From assembly GCA_944383325.1 (NCBI GenBank), contig CALWPC010000050.1, positions 60,235 to 124,234 on the forward strand: a stretch of DNA of 64,000 bases, written 5' to 3'. The stretch's first letter is position 1. Every line of letters starts with the position of its first letter. Shown here in pieces: positions 56,600-64,000 of this stretch. The translations under genes and the position numbers were made by a program. The notes beneath the pieces are model-generated. The model ran no database searches. It was not told where the DNA came from and saw nothing but the letters and a program-made list of their open reading frames with translations. The stretch is from an uncultured Lachnospiraceae bacterium. GTDB taxonomy: Bacteria; Bacillota; Clostridia; Lachnospirales; Lachnospiraceae.

Positions 56600-58366
56600 A
56601 TGAAAAAGTTGAACGATGTTCTGGCTGAGGAGTTGGAAAGCGCGTTTGAGAGCGCCGGGTTTGATCGCTCCTATGCGAAGGTGACGGTTTCCAACCGCCC
56701 GGATTTGTGTGAATATCAGTGCAACGGCGCGATGGCGGCGGCAAAGCAGTACCGCATGGCGCCTCTGCAGATTGCCGAACAGGTGGTGGACAGACTTCAC
56801 GACAGCGCCGTCGTGACGGATGTGACGGCGGTAAGGCCGGGATTTATTAATTTCAGGATGAACCCGGAATGGTTGGCAGATTTTCTGAACAGACTTGCAC
56901 AGGAAGAAAAATTGGGCGTTGAACAACCGGAACGGCCGCAGACGATCATGATCGATTATGGCGGGCCGAATGTGGCGAAGCCGCTTCACATCGGTCATCT
57001 GCGTTCCGCAATTATCGGCGAGAGCATTAAGCGTATCGGCCGGTTTATGGGGCACAGGGTGATCGGGGACGTGCATCTCGGCGACTGGGGACTCCAGATC
57101 GGTCTGCTGATTGCGGAGCTTAGGCTTCATCAGCCGGAGTTAATCTATTTTGACGAGACATATACCGGTGAATATCCGGAAAATCCGCCGTTTACGATCG
57201 GCGAACTGGAACAGCTGTATCCGCAGGCGAGCGCGCGCTCCAAGGAGGACGAAGCGTTTTATGCGCAGGCGCTTGAGGCGACGCATCTGCTTCAGGAGGG
57301 CAGGCGCGGCTACCGCGCGCTCTGGCAGCATATTATTCATGTGTCTGTTGAGGATATTAAAAAAAATTACGACCGCCTGAACGTGTCGTTTGATCTGTGG
57401 AAAAAGGAATCTGATGTACAGCCGTACATTCCGGATATGCTAGCTGCAATGGAACGGCAGGGGATCGCGAGAGAAGACGACGGGGCGCTGATTGTTGATG
57501 TGGCGGAGGATGACGATGCGAGGGAAATTCCCCCGTGCATTGTCCGCAAGTCAGACGGAGCCGCACTTTATACGACTACGGATCTGGCGACGCTTGTAGA
57601 GCGCGAGCGGGAGTATCACCCGGACCGGATTATATATGTGGCGGATAAACGGCAGGAACTGCATTTTATCCAGGTGTTCCGCACAGCCCGCAAAGCAGGT
57701 ATTGTAAGTGAACATACGGAGCTTGAGCATATCGCGTTTGGAACAATGAATGGCAAGGACGGCCGGCCGTTTAAGACGAGAACAGGCGGCGTCATGCGCT
57801 TGGAGACACTCCTCGCAGAAGTGAACGAGGAGATGGAGAAGAAAATCAACGAAGGGCGCACCATGTCGCAGGAGGAAGTGGAGAGCACCGCAAAATTAGT
57901 AGCGCTTTCCGCGGTAAAATACGGAGATCTGAGTAATCAGGCGTCCAAAGATTACGTGTTCGATGTGGACAGGTTCACTTCGTTTGAGGGAAATACCGGC
58001 CCTTATATTTTGTATACGATTGTGCGGATGAAATCCATTTTAAGCAAGTACCAAGAGCAGTGGGGAGAAGTAAACGGATTTTCGATGCTTCCGGCAAAGA
58101 GCGGGGAAGAGAAAGACGTCATGCTTGCGCTGACGCGGTTTGCCGATGTATTTCAGACGGCATTTGAGGAGTGCGCTCCGCACAAAATCTGTGCTTACAT
58201 TTATGAATTATCCAATCATTTTAACCGCTTTTATCATGCAAACAAAATTATGAGTGAAGAAGACAAAGCGCAGAGAGAGTCGTGGGTTGCGCTTTTGTGT
58301 CTGACTTTGCGTGCGCTGGAGAGCAGTATTGACGTGCTTGGCTTCTGCGCGCCGGAGAGGATGTAG
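56600..58366 (+). CDS. argS: Arginine--tRNA ligase
   Basis: Class I HIGH motif ([14 protein letters not shown]), ArgRS-type anticodon-binding C-terminus, 588 aa. Confidence 0.92.
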   Translation: MKKLNDVLAEELESAFESAGFDRSYAKVTVSNRPDLCEYQCNGAMAAAKQYRMAPLQIAEQVVDRLHDSAVVTDVTAVRPGFINFRMNPEWLADFLNRLAQEEKLGVEQPERPQTIMIDYGGPNVAKPLHIGHLRSAIIGESIKRIGRFMGHRVIGDVHLGDWGLQIGLLIAELRLHQPELIYFDETYTGEYPENPPFTIGELEQLYPQASARSKEDEAFYAQALEATHLLQEGRRGYRALWQHIIHVSVEDIKKNYDRLNVSFDLWKKESDVQPYIPDMLAAMERQGIAREDDGALIVDVAEDDDAREIPPCIVRKSDGAALYTTTDLATLVEREREYHPDRIIYVADKRQELHFIQVFRTARKAGIVSEHTELEHIAFGTMNGKDGRPFKTRTGGVMRLETLLAEVNEEMEKKINEGRTMSQEEVESTAKLVALSAVKYGDLSNQASKDYVFDVDRFTSFEGNTGPYILYTIVRMKSILSKYQEQWGEVNGFSMLPAKSGEEKDVMLALTRFADVFQTAFEECAPHKICAYIYELSNHFNRFYHANKIMSEEDKAQRESWVALLCLTLRALESSIDVLGFCAPERM

Positions 58367-58368
58367 AA

Positions 58369-59001
58369 GTGATGTCAGGTACGTGTGTGATTGTTGGGGC
58401 GGGGAGCTTCACAGAGTCGGAGCTTCTGCTTTCCGATCAGGATTTTTTGATTGCCGCTGACGGCGGTTATGACCGCGTGTGCGCACTGGGAAGGACGCCG
58501 GATTTGGTCATCGGGGATTTTGATTCTCTGCACCGGATTCCGAATCATCCGAATACGATTGTCCTGCCGACGGAGAAAGACGACACGGACATGGCCGCCG
58601 CGGTGGAGGAGGGGGTGCGAAGAGGGTTCCGTCAGTTTGCCATCTATGGAGGTATGGGCGGACGATTTGAGCACTCTGTTGCAAACCTTCAGTTGTTGGC
58701 AGGGATGAAAACGAGGGGGCTGCATGCAGTGTTATATGGTCCGAAAGAAAAGATTTTTTTTCTGCGCGGGCCGGAAAAAATGAAATTTGCTGCTGGCGAG
58801 AAGGGCTTTCTTTCCGTGTTTTCGCACAGCGATGTCTGTGTGGGGGTAAATGAGAGGGGCTTAAAATACGCGCTGTATGATCAGACGCTGACAAATCAGA
58901 TGGTGATCGGAATCAGCAATGAGTTTATCGGACAACAGGCGATGGTTTCTGTCGAACAGGGACTGTTGTGTCTCATTCAGGAGCGCAAGGAGGTTCGTTG
59001 A
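58369..59001 (+). CDS. Thiamine diphosphokinase
   Basis: LIAADGG..., VIGDFDSL, EKDDTDM, GG.GGRFEH are typical TPK motifs. Confidence 0.85.
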   Translation: MMSGTCVIVGAGSFTESELLLSDQDFLIAADGGYDRVCALGRTPDLVIGDFDSLHRIPNHPNTIVLPTEKDDTDMAAAVEEGVRRGFRQFAIYGGMGGRFEHSVANLQLLAGMKTRGLHAVLYGPKEKIFFLRGPEKMKFAAGEKGFLSVFSHSDVCVGVNERGLKYALYDQTLTNQMVIGISNEFIGQQAMVSVEQGLLCLIQERKEVR

Positions 59002-59002
59002 G

Positions 59003-59758
59003 ATGAAAAAACAGGTCTTATTAGGGACGGCGGCGATGTTGATCGGTGTGCTTTGTTTCACCGCATGCGGAAAAAAGAACGATGTGGAAACGTCAACGGC
59101 AGAACCGACGGCACAGGCGACAGAGGAGGCGACGCCCGCGCCGACGCCGAAACTGACTTATCTGGAACGTCTCGAGCAGGCGATTAAGGACGGAGATACA
59201 AAATATCTCCGCGAAGAGCTGAAATACTGGGATTCTGCAAAGGAAGTGTCCGGTCAGTACAGTATTAATATGATCGCGGATTTTGTCGATTATATGAATG
59301 CAAGCAGCGAACGGCTTCGCTCCTTTATGCAACAGATTGAGGATGAATTTTATCTGGAAGATGAGGAGCGCGTTGTCCTGCCGGCGGTATATGTTTATGT
59401 GACGACGACGTCGGATAATACAAACTTTGATTTTCAGTTTTTCGGGGAGCGCACGATCGACGAGGCGGACAGAAAGGCGCAGAAACTTGGCCCGCTGCTT
59501 CCTACGGATTATACGATCACAGCATCCAATGAGTCGTGGGAAGATTCGCAGACCGCAGTTATTCCAATCAGCCTTTCCGAGCTTAGCGATGACAGTTCGT
59601 CCCGGCATATGTATTATTTGAAATTTTATAAAACAGAGTATACGCTCTACCCGGACGGCGATTCTTCAGGTGGCGACCGCGCGGAGGAGTCCGATTCGGG
59701 AGAAGGAGAAGAGCAGCGTGAAACGTATGCTCCGCAATCAGAGGAATCAGAGGAATAA
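59003..59758 (+). CDS. Hypothetical lipoprotein with acidic C-terminus
   Basis: ATG at 59003 follows AAGGAGG. Lipobox CFTAC. Acidic Ser/Glu-rich tail. No recognisable family. Confidence 0.6.
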   Translation: MKKQVLLGTAAMLIGVLCFTACGKKNDVETSTAEPTAQATEEATPAPTPKLTYLERLEQAIKDGDTKYLREELKYWDSAKEVSGQYSINMIADFVDYMNASSERLRSFMQQIEDEFYLEDEERVVLPAVYVYVTTTSDNTNFDFQFFGERTIDEADRKAQKLGPLLPTDYTITASNESWEDSQTAVIPISLSELSDDSSSRHMYYLKFYKTEYTLYPDGDSSGGDRAEESDSGEGEEQRETYAPQSEESEE

Positions 59759-59773
59759 GATGGAGATGATGAT

Positions 59774-60583
59774 TTGCTCAGAAAACGGTTTTTAGCAGGG
59801 GGCAGCATGTCTTTGTGGCGCAGCCTGCTGCTAGTTGTTCTGGCTCTTGTGTGTTACTTTGCAGTGCAGGAGTGTGTTTCGTTTTTTATTGTTCGGATAT
59901 TGGCGCTTTATGTGGGAATCGGCGGGGAACAGCCTGCGCAGATGACGGGCGGATATACCCTTACTGTTTCGCTGATTGCCAACGCTCTGACCATTCCCGC
60001 GCTGTATGTGCTGTTTTATGACCGCAGTACATACCGCGCTCCTGTGCGCCTTTCACTGCTTTGGAATGTACTGTTCGGCTGTTGTCTGTGTGTCAGCCTG
60101 AATATGCTGATTTCCGTGTTTCGTCTGAGCGAACTGTTTCCGACATATACGGAAGTGTCCGAGCATTTTTTTGTAGGCAGTCTATGGTTAGAGCTGCTTA
60201 CAATCGGGGTGGTTTCTCCGTTTTTAGAAGAACTGTTGTTTCGTGGAATCATGTATAAAGAATTTCGCAGCTGCGCCGGGTCGCGGTTGGCCATGTTACT
60301 TTCGGCCCTGATTTTCGGAGCGATGCATATGAACATGCTGCAGTTTCTGTATGCTTCTGTGCTAGGGCTGTGTCTTGCATGGGTATATGAGCGCTACCAG
60401 AGTCTCTGGGCGCCGTATCTCGTACATGCCGCGGCAAATATCTTTTCTGTTGTGATTACGGAAAATGAGACCGTGCAGCGCTTTTTATCTTCGGGTTTCG
60501 GCGCCGTTTTCACGATTGTCCTTCTGACAGGCGCGCTGTGGGCGCCGGTGTTTATTGTTAGAAGCACAAGAAAGGAGTTGTAA
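59774..60583 (+). CDS. CPBP family intramembrane glutamic endopeptidase (CAAX protease-like)
   Basis: Motif 1 EELLFRG, motif 2 FGAMH, motif 3 HAAANI, multi-TM. The start is uncertain (59774 or 59807). Confidence 0.8.
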   Translation: MLRKRFLAGGSMSLWRSLLLVVLALVCYFAVQECVSFFIVRILALYVGIGGEQPAQMTGGYTLTVSLIANALTIPALYVLFYDRSTYRAPVRLSLLWNVLFGCCLCVSLNMLISVFRLSELFPTYTEVSEHFFVGSLWLELLTIGVVSPFLEELLFRGIMYKEFRSCAGSRLAMLLSALIFGAMHMNMLQFLYASVLGLCLAWVYERYQSLWAPYLVHAAANIFSVVITENETVQRFLSSGFGAVFTIVLLTGALWAPVFIVRSTRKEL

Positions 60584-60590
60584 ATCAAAT

Positions 60591-60992
60591 ATGGGAAATT
60601 TTAAGGAAAAGCTTCAGCGCTTTATGATGGGCCGCTATGGTGTGGATCAGTTGGGGAAAACACTATTGTATGTGTCGGTGATTCTGCTCATTCTGGATAT
60701 TATTTTTCGCACCAATTTGTTTTTCTGGCTGGCGGTAGTGCTGTTGGTATTCTGCTATGTTCGCATGTTCTCTAAAAATTACTCTCAGCGAAGCGCCGAG
60801 AATGCCGCCTATCTCCGTTTTACCGGAAAGGTCAAGGGTGTGTTTACAAGGAAAAAGAATGAAGCGATGGACAGAGAACACCGCATTTTTTCCTGCCCGA
60901 ACTGTAAGCAGCGGATTCGTGTGCCGCGGGGCAAGGGAAAAATCAGTATTCACTGTCCAAAATGCGGAACGGATTTTATCAAACGGACATAA
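60591..60992 (+). CDS. Zinc-ribbon membrane protein
   Basis: ATG at 60591. Two TM helices, then CPNCKQRIRVP...IHCPKCG (a C-x2-C ... C-x2-C ribbon). Confidence 0.6.
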   Translation: MGNFKEKLQRFMMGRYGVDQLGKTLLYVSVILLILDIIFRTNLFFWLAVVLLVFCYVRMFSKNYSQRSAENAAYLRFTGKVKGVFTRKKNEAMDREHRIFSCPNCKQRIRVPRGKGKISIHCPKCGTDFIKRT

Positions 60993-61001
60993 TCGTCTCA
61001 G

Positions 61002-62183
61002 TCAGTCTGATTTTGTCTGTCTGGACAGGATAGAAAGTCCGAGCAGGAGCGCAAGTGGAAACAGCGCGGATACTAAAATCCCGACTTTCAGGTTGTCGTG
61101 AAAGTGCCCAGAGATAAAACCGGCCAGAGTGGGCCCTGCGAAACAGCCGAAGTCTCCGGCTAGCGCAAGCAGTGCAAACAGTGCGGTGCCGCTGTTTTTT
61201 AATACAGTGGCCCTGCTGAAAGTTCCGGGCCATAAAATGCCGACGGACAGTCCGCACAGCGCCAGGCCGGCCAACCCAAAGACCGGGGATGGAATCAGAG
61301 CGATACAGAGGTAGGCCATCAGGCAGAGCATGCCGCTGACCCGCATAAAATGATTGAGGTTGATTCGGCTGCCGTATTTGCCGTAATATGCACGCGAACA
61401 TCCCATCAGCAGGGCAAACGTCATGGGGCCAAGGAGGTCGCCTACAGTCTTGCTGATGCCGAGTCCGCTTTCCACAAAGGTGGAGGCCCACTGGCTGATC
61501 GTCTGTTCACTGGCTCCTGCGCAGAGCATAATCAGCATCAGGGTCCAGAAGATATTTTTCGTCATTAATGTGCGGACAGACATTTGTGGCTCGTCGTCTC
61601 CGATCAGAGCAGCGAGAGGGACTTTTGTGAAAACAATGGCGTTGCAGACGGGTATGACCGCCCATAACACTGCGAGCAGTTTCCATTGCGCAATGCCGAA
61701 AAAATGAAAAAATAGTGTGGAAATCAGCACTACTCCGACCTGACCCCAACAGTAAAACGAGTGAAGAAGACTCATAGCGGTCTCTTTGTTGTCTGTCGGA
61801 CAGGACTCCATGATGGGGCTGACGAGTACTTCGATGAGTCCGCCGCCGACTGCGTAAATGCAGACGGAGAGCAGGATACCCAAAAATGCACTTGGCAGCA
61901 CTTCCGGGAGAAGCGTGAGGGCGACCAGTCCGGTTGCCGAACATACGTGGGCAACAATCATGCATGCACGGTAGCCGATTTTATCGACAAAAAAGGCAGA
62001 CAGCAGATCAATCAGCAGCTGAATGCCAAAATTTACAGTGACAAGCAGGGTGATTTGTGTCAGAGGTATCTGATAACTCGTTTGGAACGTCAGAAACAGA
62101 AGCGGGGCAAAGTTGTTGACGATTGCCTGGACAATATAGCCGATAAAGCAGGCGGTCATTGTGGCCTGATAGTTCCTGTTCAT
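61002..62183 (-). CDS. MFS transporter
   Basis: About 12 TM helices in 393 aa. RBS CAGGAGGA. Substrate unknown. Confidence 0.8.
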   Translation of the reverse strand: MNRNYQATMTACFIGYIVQAIVNNFAPLLFLTFQTSYQIPLTQITLLVTVNFGIQLLIDLLSAFFVDKIGYRACMIVAHVCSATGLVALTLLPEVLPSAFLGILLSVCIYAVGGGLIEVLVSPIMESCPTDNKETAMSLLHSFYCWGQVGVVLISTLFFHFFGIAQWKLLAVLWAVIPVCNAIVFTKVPLAALIGDDEPQMSVRTLMTKNIFWTLMLIMLCAGASEQTISQWASTFVESGLGISKTVGDLLGPMTFALLMGCSRAYYGKYGSRINLNHFMRVSGMLCLMAYLCIALIPSPVFGLAGLALCGLSVGILWPGTFSRATVLKNSGTALFALLALAGDFGCFAGPTLAGFISGHFHDNLKVGILVSALFPLALLLGLSILSRQTKSD

Positions 62184-62243
62184 GGTATTTATTGATCCTC
62201 CTGAAAATATGATCTTGTTGTGAAATAAACAGAGGCTGTGCAG

Positions 62244-63674
62244 CTATGACACGGCCTCTGTTTTTTCAAAAAATTCAATAATCCGTGAAAATTGCATTCC
62301 ATGGGACGCCTTGACTAAAATGGTGTCGTTTGGCTTTAGCAATGGTGTTTGTTCCAGTTGGCGGAGCAGTTCATCCAGTGTATGAAAACTGTAGATTTCC
62401 AGTCCGTGTTCCGATCCGGTTTCCGCCGCTCCCCTGGCAAGCTCTCTGGCAAGAGAACCGACCGTAATCAGGACGTCGACCGCCTGCCGGCCGAGATACT
62501 GTCCGGTTTCATAGTGAAGCTGCTTTTCATTTTCGCCAAGTTCGAACATGTCCCCTAAAATGCAGACGCTCCGTCCGTCGGCCCGGCACACGACGTCAAT
62601 CGATGCGCGCATCGAAACGGGATTGGCGTTGTAGCAATCGTCGATAATGGTATAGGAAGCGCTCTGAAAAATATGATTTCGCCCTCCGACCGGTGTCAGC
62701 GCTTCGATTCCGGCTTTAATTTCATGATCGGTCAGGCCGAATAATTGCCCTGCAAGGGCGCCTGCGAGCGCGTTATACACCATGTGATCTCCGGGAATTG
62801 GTATGGATACGGAGAATGTTTCTGCCGGAGCGTTTTCTTGTTTTAAATGAATTTGGCAGGCGGTGCCAAGCAGCCCGTGCGGCGCGATCGCATCTGCAAA
62901 TCCGGTATAGCGGCTGTCTGCCTCAAATTGCTCCGGCTGAAGCGTGTAAAAGCGGGGGGTGATTCCGCGGACAGTTCCAATGGTTGCCAGTTTATCGTCG
63001 TCGCCGTTTAGTAAAATAGCGCCGTTGTCGCGCAAACCTTCAAAAATTTCCGTTTTGGCTTTTAAAATGCCGTCGCGTGTTTTTAAATTTTCCAAATGAC
63101 ACTGTCCGATATTTGTAATCACAACAACGTGCGGCTTCGCAATCTTGGTCAGACGCGACATTTCTCCGAATTCGCTGATGCCCATTTCGAGTACGGCAAT
63201 CTCATGTTCTTCGCGCAGACGAAAAATGGTCAGCGGCAGACCGATTTCATTGTTAAAATTGCCGTCGGTTTTGAGCACCCGGTATTTTTGGGACAGCACA
63301 GAAGCGATCATTTCTTTCGTGCTTGTCTTGCCGACGCTTCCGGTAACGCCGATGACTTTTACAGATAATTGGGACAGATAGTATTCGGCCAGATCTTTCA
63401 GAGCCTGGTATGTGGACGGAACTACAATATAAGGATGCGAATTGTGCGGAAGCACCCGTTCCGAGAGGCAGCAGAGCGCCTGCTGCTCATAGGCCGAAAG
63501 AATATAGTCGTGTCCGTCGCTGCGGTTTCCAACGACTGCGATAAAAAGAGAGCCGGGGGTAACTTTGCGGCTGTCAATCGTGACGGCGGACACCTCGCGG
63601 TCAAGTTGATCTGTATCGCCGTAATAGACGCCGCCGACTGCGGCGCAAATATTTTTTAGGGTTAGCTGTTTCAT
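62244..63674 (-). CDS. murF: UDP-N-acetylmuramoyl-tripeptide--D-alanyl-D-alanine ligase
   Basis: DSRKV.PGSLF, GVTGSVGKTSTKEM, DCYNANP, and the position directly downstream of ddl. Confidence 0.93.
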   Translation of the reverse strand: MKQLTLKNICAAVGGVYYGDTDQLDREVSAVTIDSRKVTPGSLFIAVVGNRSDGHDYILSAYEQQALCCLSERVLPHNSHPYIVVPSTYQALKDLAEYYLSQLSVKVIGVTGSVGKTSTKEMIASVLSQKYRVLKTDGNFNNEIGLPLTIFRLREEHEIAVLEMGISEFGEMSRLTKIAKPHVVVITNIGQCHLENLKTRDGILKAKTEIFEGLRDNGAILLNGDDDKLATIGTVRGITPRFYTLQPEQFEADSRYTGFADAIAPHGLLGTACQIHLKQENAPAETFSVSIPIPGDHMVYNALAGALAGQLFGLTDHEIKAGIEALTPVGGRNHIFQSASYTIIDDCYNANPVSMRASIDVVCRADGRSVCILGDMFELGENEKQLHYETGQYLGRQAVDVLITVGSLARELARGAAETGSEHGLEIYSFHTLDELLRQLEQTPLLKPNDTILVKASHGMQFSRIIEFFEKTEAVS

Positions 63675-63681
63675 AGGAACC

Positions 63682-64000
63682 TCACATATGTTCTATCGGT
63701 TTTTCGAGTGATGTTTGAATGATCGTTTCGCAGAGATCTTCAAAGCTGACGCCGGCGGCGGCCGCCTCCTGAGGAAGCAGACTGGTCGGCGTCATGCCGG
63801 GCAGTGTGTTGGCTTCCAGGCAGTACAGATGCGAATCGGCGTCCATCAGAAAATCAATTCGCGCGTATACTTCTAAATGCAGAGCACGGTATGCCTGTTC
63901 GGCATATTGCTGCATCTGTGCAGTCAGCTGTTCAGGCAGGTCGGCGGGACAGGTTTCCACAGTTGAGCCTGCCTGATATTTGTTTTTATAGTCGTACAAT
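63682..64000 (-). CDS. ddl: D-alanine--D-alanine ligase (3' portion; 5' end beyond window)
   Basis: C-terminal ATP-grasp motifs ARIDFLMD, LEANTLPGMT..SLLPQEA, and murF adjacency. Confidence 0.9.
   Translation of the reverse strand, partial: LYDYKNKYQAGSTVETCPADLPEQLTAQMQQYAEQAYRALHLEVYARIDFLMDADSHLYCLEANTLPGMTPTSLLPQEAAAAGVSFEDLCETIIQTSLEKPIEHM

Noticed and set aside
56432-57130. 233-codon N-terminal extension of the pyrB ORF (ORF track 55502-57130)
   Set aside because: The extension runs antisense through the argS coding region and the divergent promoter. pyrB has a strong RBS and a canonical N-terminus at the ATG at 56431.

Overview
This is a 64 kb chromosomal window from a roughly 50% GC Firmicute of the class Clostridia. 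Gene content looks like a gut Lachnospiraceae/Ruminococcus-type organism, but the species cannot be named from sequence alone. No rRNA, tRNA or CRISPR arrays were seen. Housekeeping genes present are xerD (5' partial), aroC, mutS-mutL, trpS, glyQS, ppdK, pyrBI, argS, murF, ddl (partial) and the RNase P RNA. Accessory modules lie between them. (1) The strongest lead is a tyrosine recombinase whose stop codon sits inside a 22-bp site. That site is repeated as a perfect inverted copy about 290 bp downstream, just upstream of a sortase-dependent pilus operon (1477-aa fibro-slime/Cna-B tip adhesin, LPVTG major pilin, two class C sortases). This is the architecture of a recombinase-driven invertible phase-variation switch. 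(2) A MacB-like ABC machine with three tandem HlyD-type lipoprotein adaptors, one 992-aa double-FtsX permease and two different ATPases, one carrying an AbrB/SpoVT-like C-terminal tail. (3) An in-frame response-regulator/histidine-kinase chimera that looks like a deletion scar, upstream of a VTC / DUF4956 / beta-helix lipoprotein trio. (4) An orphan EutS/PduU-type microcompartment shell gene. (5) A sortase with a Pro-Thr linker and two extra C-terminal beta-sandwich repeats, next to a LamG LPQTG substrate. (6) A mobile-element graveyard (TnpV tail fragment, an unlisted 55-aa membrane ORF, DUF5688). (7) A visibly AT-rich island carrying a truncated HAD hydrolase and an ABC half-transporter. (8) A dockerin-bearing PL1-like lyase. 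All calls rest on reading the six-frame translations and the DNA by eye. Start codons were re-picked using RBS context. No database searches or numeric statistics were run.
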